A stretch of 64,000 nucleotides of DNA from Chlorokybus atmophyticus (lineage: Eukaryota; Plantae; Mesostigma and Chlorokybus algae), in contig RHPI01000732.1 in assembly GCA_009103225.1 (NCBI GenBank), positions 264,463 to 328,462 of the forward strand, read 5' to 3'. The notes below the pieces were generated by a model. The model saw nothing but the letters and a program-made list of their open reading frames with translations. It made no database searches and had not been told where the DNA came from. How positions within the stretch are numbered: position 1 is the first letter of the stretch; each line of letters starts with the position of its first letter. Of the stretch, positions 63,900 through 64,000 are shown piece after piece. Both the position numbers and the translations under genes were made by a program.

Positions 63900-64000
63900 A
63901 TGTATAAGAAGCGTAAAGATCATATGTGGCATGCAGTCTGCTAACAAACGACTTCAGTGTGTGTATACTAGAAAGTAAAGCACAATGTGTGGGGCGGGGA

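Overview
Eukaryotic nuclear DNA with many GT-AG introns, from the green lineage. An early-diverging streptophyte-type alga is my inference, based on OM47-like, PRDA1-like, PITAIRE-type CDKC, CHLM and nuclear plastid RPS6 genes and a mitochondrial ATP2 without the chlorophycean C-terminal extension. I reconstructed about 14 spliced protein-coding genes: OM47-like (3'-partial), CDKC, PH-less PDK1, an intron-containing hAT/ZNF862-like transposase-derived gene, ATP2, PRDA1-like, a phosphopantetheinyl transferase, a signal-peptide sulfotransferase, PRMA, a chalcone-isomerase-fold protein, plastid RPS6, XRCC2, an unidentified protein, CHLM and a FAM185A/DUF4098-like protein. Four pairs sit head-to-head with 93-494 bp between start codons. 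Accessory DNA includes a ~7.4 kb decayed island (34.85-42.25 kb) holding a DUF6589/Academ-like transposase pseudogene, motif arrays, hairpins, a coiled-coil pseudogene and a bZIP-like fragment. There is also a Penelope-like RT remnant (49.1-50.25 kb), several isolated palindromes, purine-pyrimidine-alternating intron fill, and two N gaps (7289-7470, 10870-11234). All family calls come from motif recognition by eye with no database search; exon boundaries are manual inferences.
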